In this document: piece by piece, positions 62,625 to 64,000 of the stretch
Layout of the letters: the number at the start of each line of letters is the position of its first letter
How positions within the stretch are numbered: position 1 is the stretch's first letter
Assembly: GCA_977016875.1 (NCBI GenBank)
Contig: CDRNST010000130.1
Location: forward strand, 558,001-622,000
Reading direction: 5' to 3'
Length of the DNA: 64,000 nucleotides
Source of the DNA: Pavona decussata
Lineage: Eukaryota
Position numbers and translations under genes: made by a program
Notes under the pieces: model-generated
Seen by the model: only the letters and a program-made list of their open reading frames with translations
The model's database searches: none
What the model was told of the DNA's origin: nothing

Positions 62625-62815
62625 AGTAGATGTAAAGAGAGAGACTCAGCTCATTTTTCAAAAACTCGGGTCATTTTAAAAAAATGAGCCAGTTCTCTAA
62701 GCGAAACTATCCTAAAAAATAAAAATCCCAAGGTCACGAAAAAAAATAAAAATCCCAAGGTCACGAAAAAAAAAAAAATCCCAAGGTCATGAAAAAAATT
62801 CCAAAAAAATTCAAA

Positions 62816-63487
62816 GGGACTTTCCCTCAGCCTTCGCGTAAGCCGGTTAATGAAAAAAAATCAAAGGGACTTTCCCTCAGCAAGCCGTAATATTTTTAGA
62901 GACTGTCTCTGAAAATCATTCTCTTTTGAAATCATACTCAACATCGCCAATCACTATTTTTCCATTTTTCGCAGCATTTGCAATTCCAACCGCGCAAAGA
63001 TTCATTCCGTTCATCGCTTCCTTTCTTGTGGCGAATTCAAATCGACTTCCGGCGTTTGAAAAAACATAAGGCTTTTTCATTTTGTCTTTTTTTGAAGAAA
63101 GACCAAGCGCTTGTTCCAACTCATTCTTCGTGAAAATTACGTTGTTTTTTATCTGCTTCTTTTTCGCTATTTCAACAAGCGAAGAACGAGCAGGTTGCAC
63201 AATGATTTCATCGCTTTGTTTGATTAATTCAATTAAATCATTCTTTGTCTTTCTGGCGAGAAACAAATCGAAGAGGCCTTTTCCTCTTACTTTCAGTTTC
63301 AAATCGAGAAAATCGTTTTCCATTTTAAATAAATATTTTTAAAATTTTTTTTACAGGTTTTTATTTTTTCAACCAATGAAGAAACAATGTTTGTCACACG
63401 AAGCAACTTAAGATTGACAGTTTGTTCAGATTTGCATGCGAAAATTTTTTAACAGGAAGTTGATGATCTAATCGTTTGGGACTTTCC
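62816..63487. promoter_or_regulatory. Three exact NF-kB (kB) decamers
   Basis: GGGACTTTCC(C) at 62816-62825, 62866-62875 and 63478-63487. The motif is certain; its function is untested. Confidence 0.55.
62916..63323 (-). CDS. Intact 135-aa basic accessory protein (possible Rho-N-like and NUMOD1-like HTH segments)
   Basis: ATG-to-stop with no lesions; homologous relic at 50218-50622; C-terminal F.T.KEA...MNL....I..AAKNGK is HTH-like. Confidence 0.7.
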   Translation of the reverse strand: MENDFLDLKLKVRGKGLFDLFLARKTKNDLIELIKQSDEIIVQPARSSLVEIAKKKQIKNNVIFTKNELEQALGLSSKKDKMKKPYVFSNAGSRFEFATRKEAMNGMNLCAVGIANAAKNGKIVIGDVEYDFKRE

Positions 63488-63580
63488 CACTTTATTAATA
63501 AAAAATGGTACAATGTTTTATTGACAACAGCGGACATTTATGGCCGCTGTCTCTTTGTCATTACAAAATCCAAAAATATG

Positions 63581-63720
63581 TGTCGGGAAACGCCGTTTCC
63601 CAAAATGCAAATTTCACTAATCTTATTAATATGCTTGTCGGGAAACGCCGTTTCCCAAAATGCAAATTTAACTAATCTTATTAATATGCGTGTTTGATGT
63701 CGGGAAACGCCGTTTCCCAA
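63581..63720. repeat. Three copies of the 17-bp palindrome GGGAAACG-C-CGTTTCCC (55-62 bp spacing)
   Basis: Copies at ~63585, 63640 and 63702, in the intergenic gap between the two accessory ORFs. Confidence 0.9.
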
Positions 63721-63729
63721 TATGATAAT

Positions 63730-64000
63730 TTAAGAAATGTTTTTCCAAAATGTTTCATCTTCTTCACATATTTCTCTAATTATTTTCATGTTTGACATAA
63801 AAGTACGTATTGAAACTGCGCAGTAGCAAAGTCTTGGGTATTCTCCAAAGAGTTCGTAAAGTGTAATTAAAAAATTACAATAACGAGTTGTAAATCCAAC
63901 CTCCTTCTGGGTATCTTTGTAACTCTTCTTTGAAAGGAATATTTTTTCCATCTCTCAACAGTTGTCCTTGTCTTGAAGCAAACCATGCAGTTTTCTTTTT
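63730..64000 (-). CDS. Polinton accessory helical protein, 3' part (one extra A at ~63945)
   Basis: KKKTAWFASRQGQLLRDGK joins IFLSKKSYKDT.. if the A6 run is read as A5; homologue at 53998-54630. Confidence 0.6.

Larger units (their letters stand above)
62636..64000. mobile_element. Terminus of a younger Polinton (continues beyond the window)
   Basis: Begins AGAGAGAGA (Polinton 5'-AG microsatellite end), has short subterminal tandem repeats, appears CpG-retaining, and carries near-intact accessory ORFs whose decayed homologues occur elsewhere in the window. Confidence 0.65.

Overview
Eukaryotic, AT-rich DNA, probably from an anthozoan such as a stony coral (inferred from the repeat families, not proven). 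The window opens with the last intron and terminal exon of neurochondrin (+ strand, stop at 1124). No other host gene was found. The remaining ~63 kb is a mosaic of broken mobile DNA. It contains Polinton/adintovirus pieces: two types of protein-primed PolB fragment, PLA2X plus integrase-chromodomain (twice), a DEDD-like exonuclease and small accessory ORFs. It also contains tyrosine-recombinase, Helitron, piggyBac, Tigger, Harbinger, Gypsy, RTE and L2 relics, several MITEs, a SINE, and orphan gene modules repeated up to eight times. Most relics lie on the minus strand. A 14-unit, ~485-bp protein-derived tandem array with a 4-mer higher-order repeat spans 10.7-17.4 kb. A younger-looking Polinton appears to begin at 62636 and runs off the window. 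The best leads are: (i) a conserved in-phase A_AAA_AAC heptamer that would fuse PLA2X to the integrase by -1 frameshifting, gag-pol style; (ii) three exact NF-kB sites near the young Polinton end; (iii) a possible unistrand piRNA-cluster-like archive downstream of neurochondrin. All family calls come from motif recognition by eye; no searches were run, and boundaries of degenerate relics are approximate.
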